Assembly (NCBI GenBank): GCA_963545565.1
Contig: CAUUJV010000009.1
Span: 1,593-65,592 of the forward strand
Source of the DNA: an uncultured Alloscardovia sp.
Lineage (GTDB): Bacteria > Actinomycetota > Actinomycetes > Actinomycetales > Bifidobacteriaceae
Reading direction: 5' to 3'
DNA length: 64,000 bases
The notes beneath the pieces are model-generated. The model was given only the letters and a program-made list of their open reading frames with translations, ran no database searches and was not told the origin of the DNA. This document shows, in pieces, positions 1 through 11,209 of this stretch; positions within the stretch are counted from its first letter, which is position 1, and every line of letters begins with the position of its first letter. The position numbers and the translations under genes were made by a program.

Positions 1-592
1 CGCCAGCGCCCAAGCCACCTCCACCCAGAGGCACAATAACGTCGGTAACGTCCGGAACGTCCTCAAGGATTTCCATGGCAATAGTGCCCTGTCCACATAG
101 AACTTCGTAGTCATCAAATGGGCGAACGTAAGTCATGCCTTCTTCTTCGGCAAGCTTGTCAGCATAGGCAGAGCTTTCATCGAAGACATTACCCTTGAGC
201 ACAACAGTCGCACCATATTCGCGAGTGGCATCTACTTTGAGAGGAGGCGTAATTTGAGGCATCACAATGGTTGCAGCAGCACCGCGTTCACGAGCTGCAA
301 AAGCCACGCCCTGGGCGTGATTTCCTGCTGATGCAGTAATAATTCCATGGTCGAGCTCTTCTTGGCTTAGAGACGCGATTTTGTTGTATGCACCACGAAG
401 CTTGAATGAGCCAGTCTTCTGCAAATTCTCAGGCTTCAGCAACACCTTATAGCCCGTGCGATCAGTAAGCACCTGAGACTCTTCAATACGTGTGTGACGC
501 ACAGTGCCCTCAAGACGCTGCTTTGCAGCGTTAAGATCTGCTGCATGATCGCGATTCTTATATGCCTTAATTTCTTCTGCTGTAAATGGCAT
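1..592 (-). CDS. PLP-dependent threonine ammonia-lyase (threonine dehydratase), N-terminal part. The gene runs off the left edge.
   Basis: My own minus-strand translation from the ATG at 592 (MPFTAEEIKAYKNRDH...) stays open to position 1. It contains the PLP-lysine motif QKTGSFKLRGAYNK and SAGNHAQGVAF, typical of the Thr/Ser dehydratase family. It is absent from the ORF track because it is truncated. Confidence 0.75.
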   Translation of the reverse strand, partial: MPFTAEEIKAYKNRDHAADLNAAKQRLEGTVRHTRIEESQVLTDRTGYKVLLKPENLQKTGSFKLRGAYNKIASLSQEELDHGIITASAGNHAQGVAFAARERGAAATIVMPQITPPLKVDATREYGATVVLKGNVFDESSAYADKLAEEEGMTYVRPFDDYEVLCGQGTIAMEILEDVPDVTDVIVPLGGGGLGAG

Positions 593-833
593 GATTGTGA
601 CCTCCTCGCACACGGCTTTAACGCATTTTCGCGACTTTATTGTATTTAGTACAGTTTTCGCACGGTTTTAACGTAGCTTTTGAAACCTAGACTATTTCTA
701 ATGGCAGATTACACCGAATCCGTTCTCATCATGTTCCGTGTCCATAAAATTCATAGAAGAGAAAAATATGCAAAGAAAGTAGCAAAACCGTAGTAGAAAT
801 ATATAACTGAGAAGCTTAGAAGCGAGGTGAGGA

Positions 834-2489
834 ATGACCAATAAGGATACCAGCAAAAAGCAAAGTGCTAAGCGCCGTGCTTCCGCCTTTTCTCATTTTG
901 CATATTTCTATCGCCCTAAGAATATTTCTCACACGTATGCTTCGTTGTCTGGATCACGCCGCGTACGCTGGTCAACGGCTTTACGCGGAGTACTCGTTGG
1001 AATCCTTGTGGGGTTTCTCGTAGTGCTTTATCGCTTAGGAATTGAATACGGCACAGATTTCGCCACATGGATGTACGGCGAATTAAAAACGCATTTGCTA
1101 TGGCTACCGCTGTGGTGTACGGCTGCTGTGGTGGCAGGACACCTCATCTATCGGCTTATTCGTTGGGAGCCAATGGCTTCTGGAAGCGGCATTCCACAAT
1201 CTGAAGGAGTATTGCTGCTAGGTCTTAAAATGCGCTGGTGGAGCGTACTAATCACTCGCTTCATGGGCGGATTAGTTGCAGGACTCTTTGGTCTTTCTCT
1301 CGGACGAGAAGGCCCATCAATTCAAATTGGCTCCGCGGGAGCACAAGCAGTTGGAAAACTAGTGAGTCGCAGCGAGTTGGAACAAAAAACACTGATTACC
1401 GGTGGAGCCGCTGCAGGACTTTCTGCAGCTTTTAACGCCCCACTTTCTGGAATGATGTTTGCCCTAGAGGAAGTGCACCGAAGCTTTTCACCTGCAATCT
1501 TGCTTACAGCCACTACCGCCGCCTTAAGCGCAGACTTTGTTTCTAAATATTGCTTTGGCTTAAAACCCGTCTTAAATTTCACCACAGTGCCGCAAATGCC
1601 CTTAGAAACATACTGGTGGCTGATTCCCCTTGGGCTTCTCACAGGACTTATAGGATCTGCGATGAACAAATCGCTGTTGGGATTGCAAACTCTGTATGGC
1701 AAGATTCCTGCACCAATACGTCCTACCGTTGCAATCGCGATATCTTTGCCCGTTGGCCTCCTCATCCCTATGGCACTCGGCGGGGGTGTAAACGTTATTA
1801 AATTTGCTGAGCAAGCAGATAGCGAAGTGTTGTTTATTGCTGTTCTGCTACTTGTACGCATTATTTTTACGAGCACAAGCTTTGGCGCCGGAACACCTGG
1901 CGGCATCTTCATGCCAATCCTTTCAGTAGGCGCATTGACAGGAAGCTTATTTGGGAATATCGCTTATGCCTGCGGGTGGATTCAGTCACCAATGATTGCC
2001 GATTTTGCAGCAATTGCTATGGCGGGAGTGCTGGCAGCTTCAGTGAAAGCTCCTATTACTTCAATACTGCTCGTTGTGGAAATGTCAGGTTCGTTTGTAC
2101 ATATGCTTCCGGTGGCTGCCGTTGTGTTTATTGCAATGCTTGTTTCCGATGCGCTGCATATTGACCCGATCTATCATTCACTGCTGAATAGGTATCTAAA
2201 ATCGACCGGTGATGCAGAGCATGCAGAACAAAGCAATCCAAAAATTTCTAGCGGAATTATGGAACTTCCAGTGGAGATGGGAAGCGTAGTAGACGGCAAG
2301 CAAATGCGCGATATCGATTGGCCCAAAGGAGTGGCTGTAATCAGCGTGCATAGAGCTGGGCGCGACTTCGTACCAGGATTAAAAACCCAATTTCAGTCTG
2401 GAGACGACGTGACTGTAGTGTTTTCAGATGTTTTAGAAAGCGTAGTACGCGAGCGCATGTCTGATTTATGCGAAGCAAAAGTAATCTAA
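834..2489 (+). CDS. ClC-family chloride channel / H+-Cl- antiporter with a C-terminal TrkA-C-like (RCK_C) domain
   Basis: 551-aa polytopic protein with canonical ClC selectivity motifs GSGIPQ, GREGPSIQ and GIFMP. The soluble C-terminal ~80 aa resembles TrkA_C. SD GAGGTGAGG lies before the ATG. Confidence 0.85.
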   Translation: MTNKDTSKKQSAKRRASAFSHFAYFYRPKNISHTYASLSGSRRVRWSTALRGVLVGILVGFLVVLYRLGIEYGTDFATWMYGELKTHLLWLPLWCTAAVVAGHLIYRLIRWEPMASGSGIPQSEGVLLLGLKMRWWSVLITRFMGGLVAGLFGLSLGREGPSIQIGSAGAQAVGKLVSRSELEQKTLITGGAAAGLSAAFNAPLSGMMFALEEVHRSFSPAILLTATTAALSADFVSKYCFGLKPVLNFTTVPQMPLETYWWLIPLGLLTGLIGSAMNKSLLGLQTLYGKIPAPIRPTVAIAISLPVGLLIPMALGGGVNVIKFAEQADSEVLFIAVLLLVRIIFTSTSFGAGTPGGIFMPILSVGALTGSLFGNIAYACGWIQSPMIADFAAIAMAGVLAASVKAPITSILLVVEMSGSFVHMLPVAAVVFIAMLVSDALHIDPIYHSLLNRYLKSTGDAEHAEQSNPKISSGIMELPVEMGSVVDGKQMRDIDWPKGVAVISVHRAGRDFVPGLKTQFQSGDDVTVVFSDVLESVVRERMSDLCEAKVI

Positions 2490-2497
2490 AAAGTAGT

Positions 2498-2917
2498 CTA
2501 AATAGCACATGACAAAACCACTGCGATGCATGCTACTGGAATAATAAACGAAGCAAGAACATAGTATGCGGCAAGTCTGTAATACTTTGGATAATGTTTC
2601 GAGTCTTCCCGTCCACGTGTCAGTAGAGTAAAAGTCTCATTCATGGCAGTAGAAAAAGTAGAAAAACCACCAAGAAAGCCTGTAGTTGCAATCGTGTATG
2701 CAGGAATACTGGCAGAAGCACCCGGAACATAGCCGGTTGCACGATTACAGGAAAAAATTGTGAGTGCAAACAGAATAGCTGCAGTGATGTTGATGACGAG
2801 CGTAGAAATAGGGAAAACTGTTCTCCATGTGCGCTTAATTGCAGTATCGACCACAAAACGCGCTACAGCTCCAAGGCCACCACACGTGCAAATTACTAAA
2901 AGCATTCCTACTGCCAT
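2498..2917 (-). CDS. crcB: Fluoride ion channel CrcB/Fluc, paralog 1
   Basis: 139-aa protein with four TM segments. CrcB motifs are present: GGLGAVARF, TLVINITAAILF and GFLGGFSTFST. Confidence 0.85.
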   Translation of the reverse strand: MAVGMLLVICTCGGLGAVARFVVDTAIKRTWRTVFPISTLVINITAAILFALTIFSCNRATGYVPGASASIPAYTIATTGFLGGFSTFSTAMNETFTLLTRGREDSKHYPKYYRLAAYYVLASFIIPVACIAVVLSCAI

Positions 2918-2927
2918 ATATTTAATC

Positions 2928-4163
2928 CTAAATCCTCACTATAAAAGTTATAGTTTCATCTTTGTAATGCACATCAATCTTGCCTTTGAAAAGCTTGACC
3001 ATATTTTGTGCCATGGATAGCCCGATGCCAAAACCGTTGCTGTTACCATTGGCTGAGGTGTGCGAGGAATCTTCACGGTAGAAGCGCTCGAAGAATTTTG
3101 CAAAGTTTGCATTCTTTCCCTCTTTATAAGTGTTGGACACTTCGAGGTGCGCGCTATACCGTAAATCGCGGGATTTGCGTAGAAGAACTGTGACAGTCCC
3201 TTCAGGATCACAGTACTTATTTGCGTTGTCAACCAAAATATTGACCAGCTCGAAGGCAGACTTTGGCTCAGCCTTAATGCTTACGCCCTCATCAATGGCA
3301 ATCTCAAAATGCTTGTTATCGCGCATAATTGGAGCCTTAAAACTTGTGGCAGCATTACGAACAATCTGCGAAAAGTCAAGAGTTTCAAACTTAATATTTG
3401 GCTGCTCTTCCAAGCGTGCTAACGCAACCATCTGATTGATGAGAGCCGTCATGCGCTCAACTTGCACCTTCGTAGACTCAGTCCATTCCGATGACCCCTC
3501 CATCATTTCTTGCAGCTCATTATTCGCAGAGATGATTGCCAAAGGAGTTTTCAATTCATGACCAGCATTGGTGATGAATCGCTTCTGCTTCTCATAATTT
3601 TCAACGTATGGACGCACTGCCCACCGTGAAAGAATAGCAGCAATCACTACAAAGAAGAGCAATCCACCGGCAACCATCATCAGTGAAAGACGATAAAGAC
3701 TATTCCGGGTCTCCACGTTGGAGTTGATATTCATAGCAGTAAGCCGTACGCCATTGCTCTTTTGCGATTTAAGGTATGAGAAATTTTGGTTATTGATAAT
3801 TACCGTTGACGACGGAAAATCGTTATTGAATATCTGCCGAGCCGCAGACTTGACTTGAGCATCCGTTAAATAATTGATATTAGTTTTATTCGTAATCGTT
3901 ATAGTTCCATTGCTCTTTTTTAGCACACTAAAGAACTGATAATGCTGAAGATCCGCGCTAGTGATAGTGGTGCCAAAGAAGCCACTAATGCCTGATGCTG
4001 GAATCTCCCCGTCATTATTATTGATAACCTGCAAAAGTAGAGTAGTTTCGTAACCTGTTTCCCAGCTCTGGGCAAAATTTAGTACTCCCACCGTTGACAT
4101 AAGCACAACAAGAACGGCAACACTTGCAATTGCGATAAAGCGCAAACGCATTTTCTTAAACAT
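2928..4163 (-). CDS. Sensor histidine kinase with two TM segments and an extracytoplasmic loop
   Basis: H-box HELKTPLAIISANNEL, N-box VDNANKYC and G-box GFGIGLSMAQ. There are two hydrophobic segments in the N-terminal half. Confidence 0.9.
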   Translation of the reverse strand: MFKKMRLRFIAIASVAVLVVLMSTVGVLNFAQSWETGYETTLLLQVINNNDGEIPASGISGFFGTTITSADLQHYQFFSVLKKSNGTITITNKTNINYLTDAQVKSAARQIFNNDFPSSTVIINNQNFSYLKSQKSNGVRLTAMNINSNVETRNSLYRLSLMMVAGGLLFFVVIAAILSRWAVRPYVENYEKQKRFITNAGHELKTPLAIISANNELQEMMEGSSEWTESTKVQVERMTALINQMVALARLEEQPNIKFETLDFSQIVRNAATSFKAPIMRDNKHFEIAIDEGVSIKAEPKSAFELVNILVDNANKYCDPEGTVTVLLRKSRDLRYSAHLEVSNTYKEGKNANFAKFFERFYREDSSHTSANGNSNGFGIGLSMAQNMVKLFKGKIDVHYKDETITFIVRI

Positions 4164-4210
4164 CGTCTACTTTCCGAACTTATTTTAGATTTTTTGAGTT
4201 TGATTCTAAA

Positions 4211-4912
4211 CTACTTCTGATTTTCTTTTATATCGTTTGAATTAGTTTTCAAGCTGTACGGCCCGCCTTCGCTTCCTACCACTTCTACATGAGCGCCGAT
4301 TGCCTTAAGCTTTTGCTTGAGATAGGAAATATAAATCCACACGTATCCGACATCTTTACCATCATTCGACGCAAAAGTATGCTCATAAACTTCATCTTGT
4401 GTGACGGCCTTATTCTGAGCATTCAGCATAAGATATTCTAAGAGCTGCGATTCGCTTGACGAAAGACGCATAGAACTGTGAGCCGTAATTTCTTGTTCAG
4501 TGGTGTTCAATGTAATATCGCCAAAATTAAGCTCTTTGCGCGTGAACTTTTCTCCTAGACGACGCTCTATAGAATGCAGGCGCGCCAGAAGTTCCTTCAG
4601 AGAAATTGGCTTAGTAAGGTAATCATCAGCGCCGTAATCAAGTCCCGTGACCATAGCATCTACTTCAGCCATCGCAGTGAGCATAACGATTTGAGCTTTA
4701 TTGCCGCTCGCACGCATCTCCATAAGAGCTTCAAGACCAGTTTTCACGGGCATCATAATATCGAGAATAATAACGTCGAATGCATGGGCTGCGGCTTCTT
4801 CCACCGCGCGCTGACCATTTTCTACTGCAGTAACCTCATAGCCTGCACGTTCCATTGCCACCGTGTAAGCGCGGCGAAGCTGCTGCTCATCTTCTGCAAT
4901 AAGAATCTTCAT
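4211..4912 (-). CDS. OmpR-family response regulator
   Basis: Receiver-domain motifs (ILIAEDE, DVIILDIMMP, LTKPISLKEL) plus a C-terminal winged-helix region. Confidence 0.9.
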   Translation of the reverse strand: MKILIAEDEQQLRRAYTVAMERAGYEVTAVENGQRAVEEAAAHAFDVIILDIMMPVKTGLEALMEMRASGNKAQIVMLTAMAEVDAMVTGLDYGADDYLTKPISLKELLARLHSIERRLGEKFTRKELNFGDITLNTTEQEITAHSSMRLSSSESQLLEYLMLNAQNKAVTQDEVYEHTFASNDGKDVGYVWIYISYLKQKLKAIGAHVEVVGSEGGPYSLKTNSNDIKENQK

Positions 4913-4925
4913 ATGTTAATCCCTA

Positions 4926-5552
4926 CTAATCCCCGTTAATTAAATGACGAATAGTTTGCATCGATAAATCACACGAGGCTAGTTCGTCTGCGCATCGTTT
5001 TAATTCCGCAGAAATACGCTCTTGATTCTTAATGCCCTTCTTATACTTCATCTGGTGTTCAAGGCTAGCCCATGAATCCATAGCAATCGTGCGAATCTGA
5101 ACTTCAACAAAATACGTTCCCGGCTGGTTACCGTCACAATCAGCATCTTCTGACCGCACCTCAAGAATAGCATGATAAGAGCGGTATCCGTTGGGCTTTG
5201 CGTTAAAAACATAGTCTTTTTCATTCGTAATCACTACGCCATCCAGACCGCTTAAAACTTCAACAACACTATGAATATCTTCAATAAAGCCTGTAATAAC
5301 ACGAATACCAATAGCATCTTTGATAACTTTGAGCGCATTATGCGTAGTCTGTTCGATGCCTTTTCTCTCACATTTTTCGCGCATACTCTCTTCAGACTTG
5401 ATGCGGGAATTAAGATGCTCAAAAAGCTTAAATCCAGTCTGATCATATGCAGTCTTATTCGCCTCTTCTAAGGCAGTAACAACGCGATTGAGCACAGATT
5501 GCAGGACAGGCATATAGTCGGCATAAATCGATGGTTCTGCAGATACTTCCAT
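4926..5552 (-). CDS. Small alarmone synthetase (RelQ/RelP-type GTP pyrophosphokinase, single RelA_SpoT domain)
   Basis: 208 aa with no hydrolase or regulatory domains. The synthetase core NGYRSYHAILEV...VEVQIRTIAMDSWASLEHQMKYK is present. Confidence 0.85.
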   Translation of the reverse strand: MEVSAEPSIYADYMPVLQSVLNRVVTALEEANKTAYDQTGFKLFEHLNSRIKSEESMREKCERKGIEQTTHNALKVIKDAIGIRVITGFIEDIHSVVEVLSGLDGVVITNEKDYVFNAKPNGYRSYHAILEVRSEDADCDGNQPGTYFVEVQIRTIAMDSWASLEHQMKYKKGIKNQERISAELKRCADELASCDLSMQTIRHLINGD

Positions 5553-5607
5553 ATCAGCTCCCTACATACATGCGAACATCAGTCTGCACGTATTGTACGA
5601 CTCTAAG

Positions 5608-6018
5608 CTAGGCTTTTCCTTTGGCCAGCGCAGCCCCACAGCGTGCCCCAAGAAATGCTGCGCCTATGCCAAGTGCAATCGAAATAATCGCATACACCCA
5701 ACCTAAATGGCTGCTTGCAATCTCAAAAGCTAAAGTAGACATAGTAGAAAGGCCGCCGCACATACCCATGCCTAAACCGCGAGAAAGTAAATCGCCTTTA
5801 TACGAGCCGTGCAAATATACAGAAATCAGCACTGTAATACATGCATACACGAAGCAAGCAATGAGATTAGCGGTAAGTGTGCCCCAATGAATACCCATAA
5901 ATTGAGGCATCGGATTAAGCCACAGACCAAGCACATAACGTAGCCCGGTGCCGACAAAGCCTCCGCAGAATACAACAACATAAATCCATGGATCTGAAAG
6001 TGGAGAACGCTTAATCAT
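5608..6018 (-). CDS. crcB: Fluoride ion channel CrcB/Fluc, paralog 2
   Basis: 136-aa protein with four TM segments. CrcB motifs are present: GGFVGTGLRY, GTLTANLIACF and GMCGGLSTMST. Confidence 0.85.
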   Translation of the reverse strand: MIKRSPLSDPWIYVVVFCGGFVGTGLRYVLGLWLNPMPQFMGIHWGTLTANLIACFVYACITVLISVYLHGSYKGDLLSRGLGMGMCGGLSTMSTLAFEIASSHLGWVYAIISIALGIGAAFLGARCGAALAKGKA

Positions 6019-6047
6019 AAACGTATGAGCTCTTAGTAGGCTGGAAA

Positions 6048-7385
<1,338 letters not shown>

Positions 7386-7420
7386 TTACTCTGACGACTA
7401 AACAGAAGACTCAGAGAAGA

Positions 7421-7441
7421 ACGCATCTGCGACTAATGCGT
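7421..7441 (-). terminator. Possible intrinsic terminator downstream of fbaA
   Basis: On the minus strand, ACGCAT-tagtcgcag-ATGCGT is followed by TTCTTCTC. The stem is short. Confidence 0.35.
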
Positions 7442-7473
7442 ATTTGCTAATGCACATTGCTCACTAGTGAGAA

Positions 7474-8532
7474 CTATTTAAGAGCTTTACCAGCAGAGCC
7501 AAGTTCCACGCATGCTTCCACAACGCGCTTTGCCATGTTATTTTCAGCAGCGCGCCCCCATGAGCGTGGATCGTAATCTGATTTATCGCCCACTTCACCG
7601 TCTACCTTGAGCACTTTGTTGTAATTAGTGAACATATGATCTGCCACCGCGCGCGTAAAAGCATATTGGGTGTCAGTGTCAATATTCATTTTGACAACGC
7701 CATGAGAAACCGCTCGGGCAATCTCATCTGCTGAGGAACCAGAGCCTCCGTGGAATACCAAATAGAACGGCTTATCTGCTGGAGTTCCGGGAAGTGTTGC
7801 GAATTCACCCGCTTCAACCGCTCTAGCTACTCCATGCTGAATATCACCAAGCAAATCAGGGCGAAGCTGCACAATACCTGGCTTATACGACCCATGAACA
7901 TTACCAAAAGTGAATGCTGCCATATAGCGGCCATTTTCACCTAGGCCAAGCCGCCGAGCAACTTTCAAAGCATCCTGCGGTGTGGAGTAGAGCTTTTCGT
8001 TAATATCCGCACGATGCCCGTCTTCTTCACCGCCCACAGTACCAATTTCAATCTCAAGAATAGTGTGAGCTTTATCAGATTTTTCAAGGAGTTCCTGAGC
8101 AATATCAAGATTCTCGTCAAGAGAAACCGTGGAACCATCCCACATATGAGATTGGAATATAGGCTCGTAGCCATGTGCAACTTGTTCTGCTTCCATGTCA
8201 AGCAGAGGGCGAACCCAATCGTCTAGATACTGTTTCGCACAATGATCTGTGTGCAAGGCCACCGTGATATTTGGATACTGTTTAGCTACTTCATGTGCAA
8301 AAGCCGCAAATGCAAGTGAACCCGTAACGCGATTCATTACGCGTTGCCCTGAGAGATATGCTGATCCACCCACAGAAATCTGGATAATCCCATCGGACTC
8401 TACCTCAGCCAAACCCTGTAAAGCAGCGTTGAGAGTCTGTGTGCTTGTTACATTGATTGCAGGAAATGCATAACCGCCCTTGCGAGCAGAATCAAGCATA
8501 TGGGCATATTTTTCAGAAGTAGCAATCGTCAT
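7474..8532 (-). CDS. fbaA: Class II fructose-1,6-bisphosphate aldolase
   Basis: VALHTDHC and VFHGGSGS motifs with full-length class II FBA similarity. I prefer the start at Met23 of the tracked ORF (MTIATSEKYAH...); the tracked ORF extends to 8598. Confidence 0.93.
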   Translation of the reverse strand: MTIATSEKYAHMLDSARKGGYAFPAINVTSTQTLNAALQGLAEVESDGIIQISVGGSAYLSGQRVMNRVTGSLAFAAFAHEVAKQYPNITVALHTDHCAKQYLDDWVRPLLDMEAEQVAHGYEPIFQSHMWDGSTVSLDENLDIAQELLEKSDKAHTILEIEIGTVGGEEDGHRADINEKLYSTPQDALKVARRLGLGENGRYMAAFTFGNVHGSYKPGIVQLRPDLLGDIQHGVARAVEAGEFATLPGTPADKPFYLVFHGGSGSSADEIARAVSHGVVKMNIDTDTQYAFTRAVADHMFTNYNKVLKVDGEVGDKSDYDPRSWGRAAENNMAKRVVEACVELGSAGKALK

Positions 8533-8685
8533 ATTTTCATTATGGCTGCACCATAGCCCAATACACACTATTTTTAGCGACTTTGTGAGCGAAAACACAG
8601 ATAAACAAATGCTCTGGAAACTTGCGATAAGCCCAGAGCATTCTGCCTACAAAACCGGAATTACTAATCAAAACTACCGGATTAC

Positions 8686-9585
8686 TTAAACTTCCCCACC
8701 TTCAACAACGATGTCATCCGCATCTACGTCAGTGCCATAGACGGATTTTAGTGTTGCGTTGTAGTCCTTATGGAAGAAGTTCTGCTTGCCCAACTTGACA
8801 ATCTCTTTGTTAATCCACTTGAGAAGAGCAGTATTGCCTTTCTGCACTGCTGGAGCAATAGTGCTGATATCGCCTAGGCTCTTGATGCCCACAGTGTAGC
8901 CCTTATTGGACTTTGCCCATGCCATCACCTCAGTATTATCTGTGGAGAATGCGTCACCGCGACCATCAAGCAAAGCATTATATGCATCTGCATACTGGTC
9001 ATATTTTTGAAGCGTGATATTTGGATAATTATCTTCGAAGTACGTTTCTGCAGTGGTTCCCTTTGCAACGATGAGAGTCTTACCCTCAAGCTGTGAGACA
9101 TCGGCAATCTTTGCATTTGTTGGTGAAACAACACCTAAGGAGACCTTCATATACGGCTTTGCAAAGTCTACCTTCTGCGCACGCTCGGTTGTTACCGTAA
9201 AGTTTGCCAAGGTGATATCAACCTTGTTGGAAGTCAAAACGTCTACACGAGCAGCTGGATCAACGGACGTAAACTCAACCTTAACGCCCATATCTTTTGC
9301 CAAGCGCTTCGCAAAGTAAACATCGTATCCTTGGTAATCGCCATTCTTATCAACATAACCAAATGGAGCTTTATCTGAGAAAACAGCAACTTTAAGTTTT
9401 CCAGATTTTTTAATTTGCGCGATAGTACGAGCGGTGCCAGCGCTGCTTGAAGAATCTGAGCTATCTGAGCTTGCTTCGCTTGGCGTTCCACTCACACTGC
9501 ATGCAGCCATAGAAATCGCCATGACAAATGCTGCTCCTGTAGCTAAAGTATTTCTGATAATCGTTGAAATATTACGCTTTTTCAT
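8686..9585 (-). CDS. Polar amino-acid ABC transporter substrate-binding lipoprotein
   Basis: Signal peptide with lipobox (ISMAAC). It looks like a family-3 SBP fold and is adjacent to the cognate permease and ATPase genes. Confidence 0.85.
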   Translation of the reverse strand: MKKRNISTIIRNTLATGAAFVMAISMAACSVSGTPSEASSDSSDSSSSAGTARTIAQIKKSGKLKVAVFSDKAPFGYVDKNGDYQGYDVYFAKRLAKDMGVKVEFTSVDPAARVDVLTSNKVDITLANFTVTTERAQKVDFAKPYMKVSLGVVSPTNAKIADVSQLEGKTLIVAKGTTAETYFEDNYPNITLQKYDQYADAYNALLDGRGDAFSTDNTEVMAWAKSNKGYTVGIKSLGDISTIAPAVQKGNTALLKWINKEIVKLGKQNFFHKDYNATLKSVYGTDVDADDIVVEGGEV

Positions 9586-9705
9586 GTAATACCTCTCTAC
9601 CTTTTCTATCTTTCCTTCTCAATAAAAATTTCTCAATGAAGCTTCTCAATAAAAACTTGATAAAGATCTCACATAGATAAATATTGCGACCTTAAGTAGC
9701 CGTTT

Positions 9706-10542
9706 TTATTCATGATGCGGGCGTGAATACTCAAAAGTATTTAAGAATTGCTGAGCTCGATCTGTTCGAGGATGAGTAAAGAAAGCATTAGAATCATCAG
9801 ACTCTTCAACAATGCTTCCGCCTTCTAGCAGGATAATTTTGTCTGCCACTGCACGAGCAAACTGCATTTCGTGAGTCACAATAAGCATGGTTTGCCCTTG
9901 TTCAGCAAGCTCAAGCATTACATCAAGTACTTCTCGAACCATTTCCGGGTCAAGCGCTGCAGTGATCTCATCGAAGAGAAGAATCTCAGGGTGCAAAATT
10001 AAAGCTCGGCAAATCGCAACGCGCTGCCGCTGCCCACCCGAAAGCTCATGCGGCCATGAATCTGCACGATCTGCAAGACCTACACGCTCAAGCAGAGCCC
10101 TCGCTTCCTTCTCTACTTCATCTTTTTGACGCTTCTGCACTAACAAGGGCGACATCGTGATGTTGCCCAAGACCGTCTTGTTGGGAAATAGGTCATAACT
10201 TTGAAACACCATTCCAATACGGGTTCGCAATTCACTAGAGCGCTGCGAACGGCCACTTTTCTGATTACCAGGATGCCCAGTCTCGATTACTTGACCATCT
10301 ATGGAAATAGTTCCACCCTGAATTGGCTCAAGACCAGCGATAGCACGTAAAAGTGTGGATTTTCCAGACCCAGAAGGGCCTACTACAACGAGCACTTTGC
10401 CCTGCGAAACTTTAAAAGAAATATCATTAAGCACCGGAGAATCAGCATTTTCATACTGCTTAACGAGATGAGAAACCTCGAAATCAACACCCGCTTTGTT
10501 TAGACTTAGAGCGTCTGCAGTTTTTGTAGTCAGATCAGTCAT
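9706..10542 (-). CDS. Amino-acid ABC transporter ATP-binding protein
   Basis: Walker A GPSGSGKST, signature LSGGQRQR and Walker B ILLFDE. The start is set at MTDLTTK, which overlaps the upstream permease stop (ATGACTGA). The tracked ORF is longer, extending to 10719. Confidence 0.92.
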   Translation of the reverse strand: MTDLTTKTADALSLNKAGVDFEVSHLVKQYENADSPVLNDISFKVSQGKVLVVVGPSGSGKSTLLRAIAGLEPIQGGTISIDGQVIETGHPGNQKSGRSQRSSELRTRIGMVFQSYDLFPNKTVLGNITMSPLLVQKRQKDEVEKEARALLERVGLADRADSWPHELSGGQRQRVAICRALILHPEILLFDEITAALDPEMVREVLDVMLELAEQGQTMLIVTHEMQFARAVADKIILLEGGSIVEESDDSNAFFTHPRTDRAQQFLNTFEYSRPHHE

Positions 10543-11209
10543 GTGACCACCTCTTTTCAAGACGGCGAGCCACAATCGACAATGGCCAGCACACAAAGAA
10601 ATACATAAGGAAAATAACGCCATAGATCCACAGCGTTCCTGTTGGATAGTTAAATCGGTTGGCGTCAATAATCTGCTGGCCAACCTTAATGACTTCAACC
10701 ACACCGAGGAGCACAGCAAGAGACGTTGTCTTTACGATGCGCGTTGCAAGATTTACCGAGCCCGGAAGAAGACGACGAATAGCTTGCGGCAGAATAATGC
10801 GACCAAAAGTCTGGGAAGGTGAAAAGCCAAGAACATAAGCAGATTCATACTGCGACTGCGAAATAGACTCAATAGCACCTCGTACCAGGTCGCCAAGCTC
10901 AGCTCCACCCCACAGCACGAAGACAAGAATGCACGCAGCCTCAGCGTTCAAATTGATATTCCATGCACGTGAAAGACCATAAAAAGCTATAAACAGCAAA
11001 GCAAGCTGAGGCATAATGCGAATAAAATCCAAATATATACGCATAATCACGCGCACTACTCGATTCTTCAACGTCATAAGCCATCCCACAAGCAAACCAA
11101 CAGGAATGCTTAAGCCCACAGAAAGGGCTGCAATCCACACAGTAGTCCACAAGCCCTGCAACAAGCGCAAGAAAACACCAGGCTCAAAAAGAAGGTTAAC
11201 GCCGCTCAT
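10535..11209 (-). CDS. Amino-acid ABC transporter permease
   Basis: Polytopic protein of the His/Glu/Gln/Arg (HisMQ) permease type with an EAA-like loop. The start is uncertain (11209 or 11239). Confidence 0.88.
   Translation of the reverse strand: MSGVNLLFEPGVFLRLLQGLWTTVWIAALSVGLSIPVGLLVGWLMTLKNRVVRVIMRIYLDFIRIMPQLALLFIAFYGLSRAWNINLNAEAACILVFVLWGGAELGDLVRGAIESISQSQYESAYVLGFSPSQTFGRIILPQAIRRLLPGSVNLATRIVKTTSLAVLLGVVEVIKVGQQIIDANRFNYPTGTLWIYGVIFLMYFFVCWPLSIVARRLEKRWSHD

Noticed and set aside
593-833. Looked for a fluoride (crcB-motif) riboswitch upstream of the ClC gene, and also in the short gaps upstream of both crcB genes (6019-6047, 2918-2927) and upstream of purA (7353-7473).
   Set aside because: I could not find the conserved GGCGATGG...CCGCC...GCTGATGATTCCT-like core or the pseudoknot arrangement. 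The gaps next to the crcB genes are too short to hold a ~60-nt aptamer. A covariance-model scan (Rfam RF01734) would settle this.
834-2489. Considered whether the ClC protein next to crcB is a fluoride-specific CLC-F antiporter.
   Set aside because: It carries the canonical chloride-type motifs GSGIP, GREGP and GxFxP, and has a TrkA-C domain. CLC-F proteins diverge at these selectivity positions. I therefore call it an ordinary ClC.
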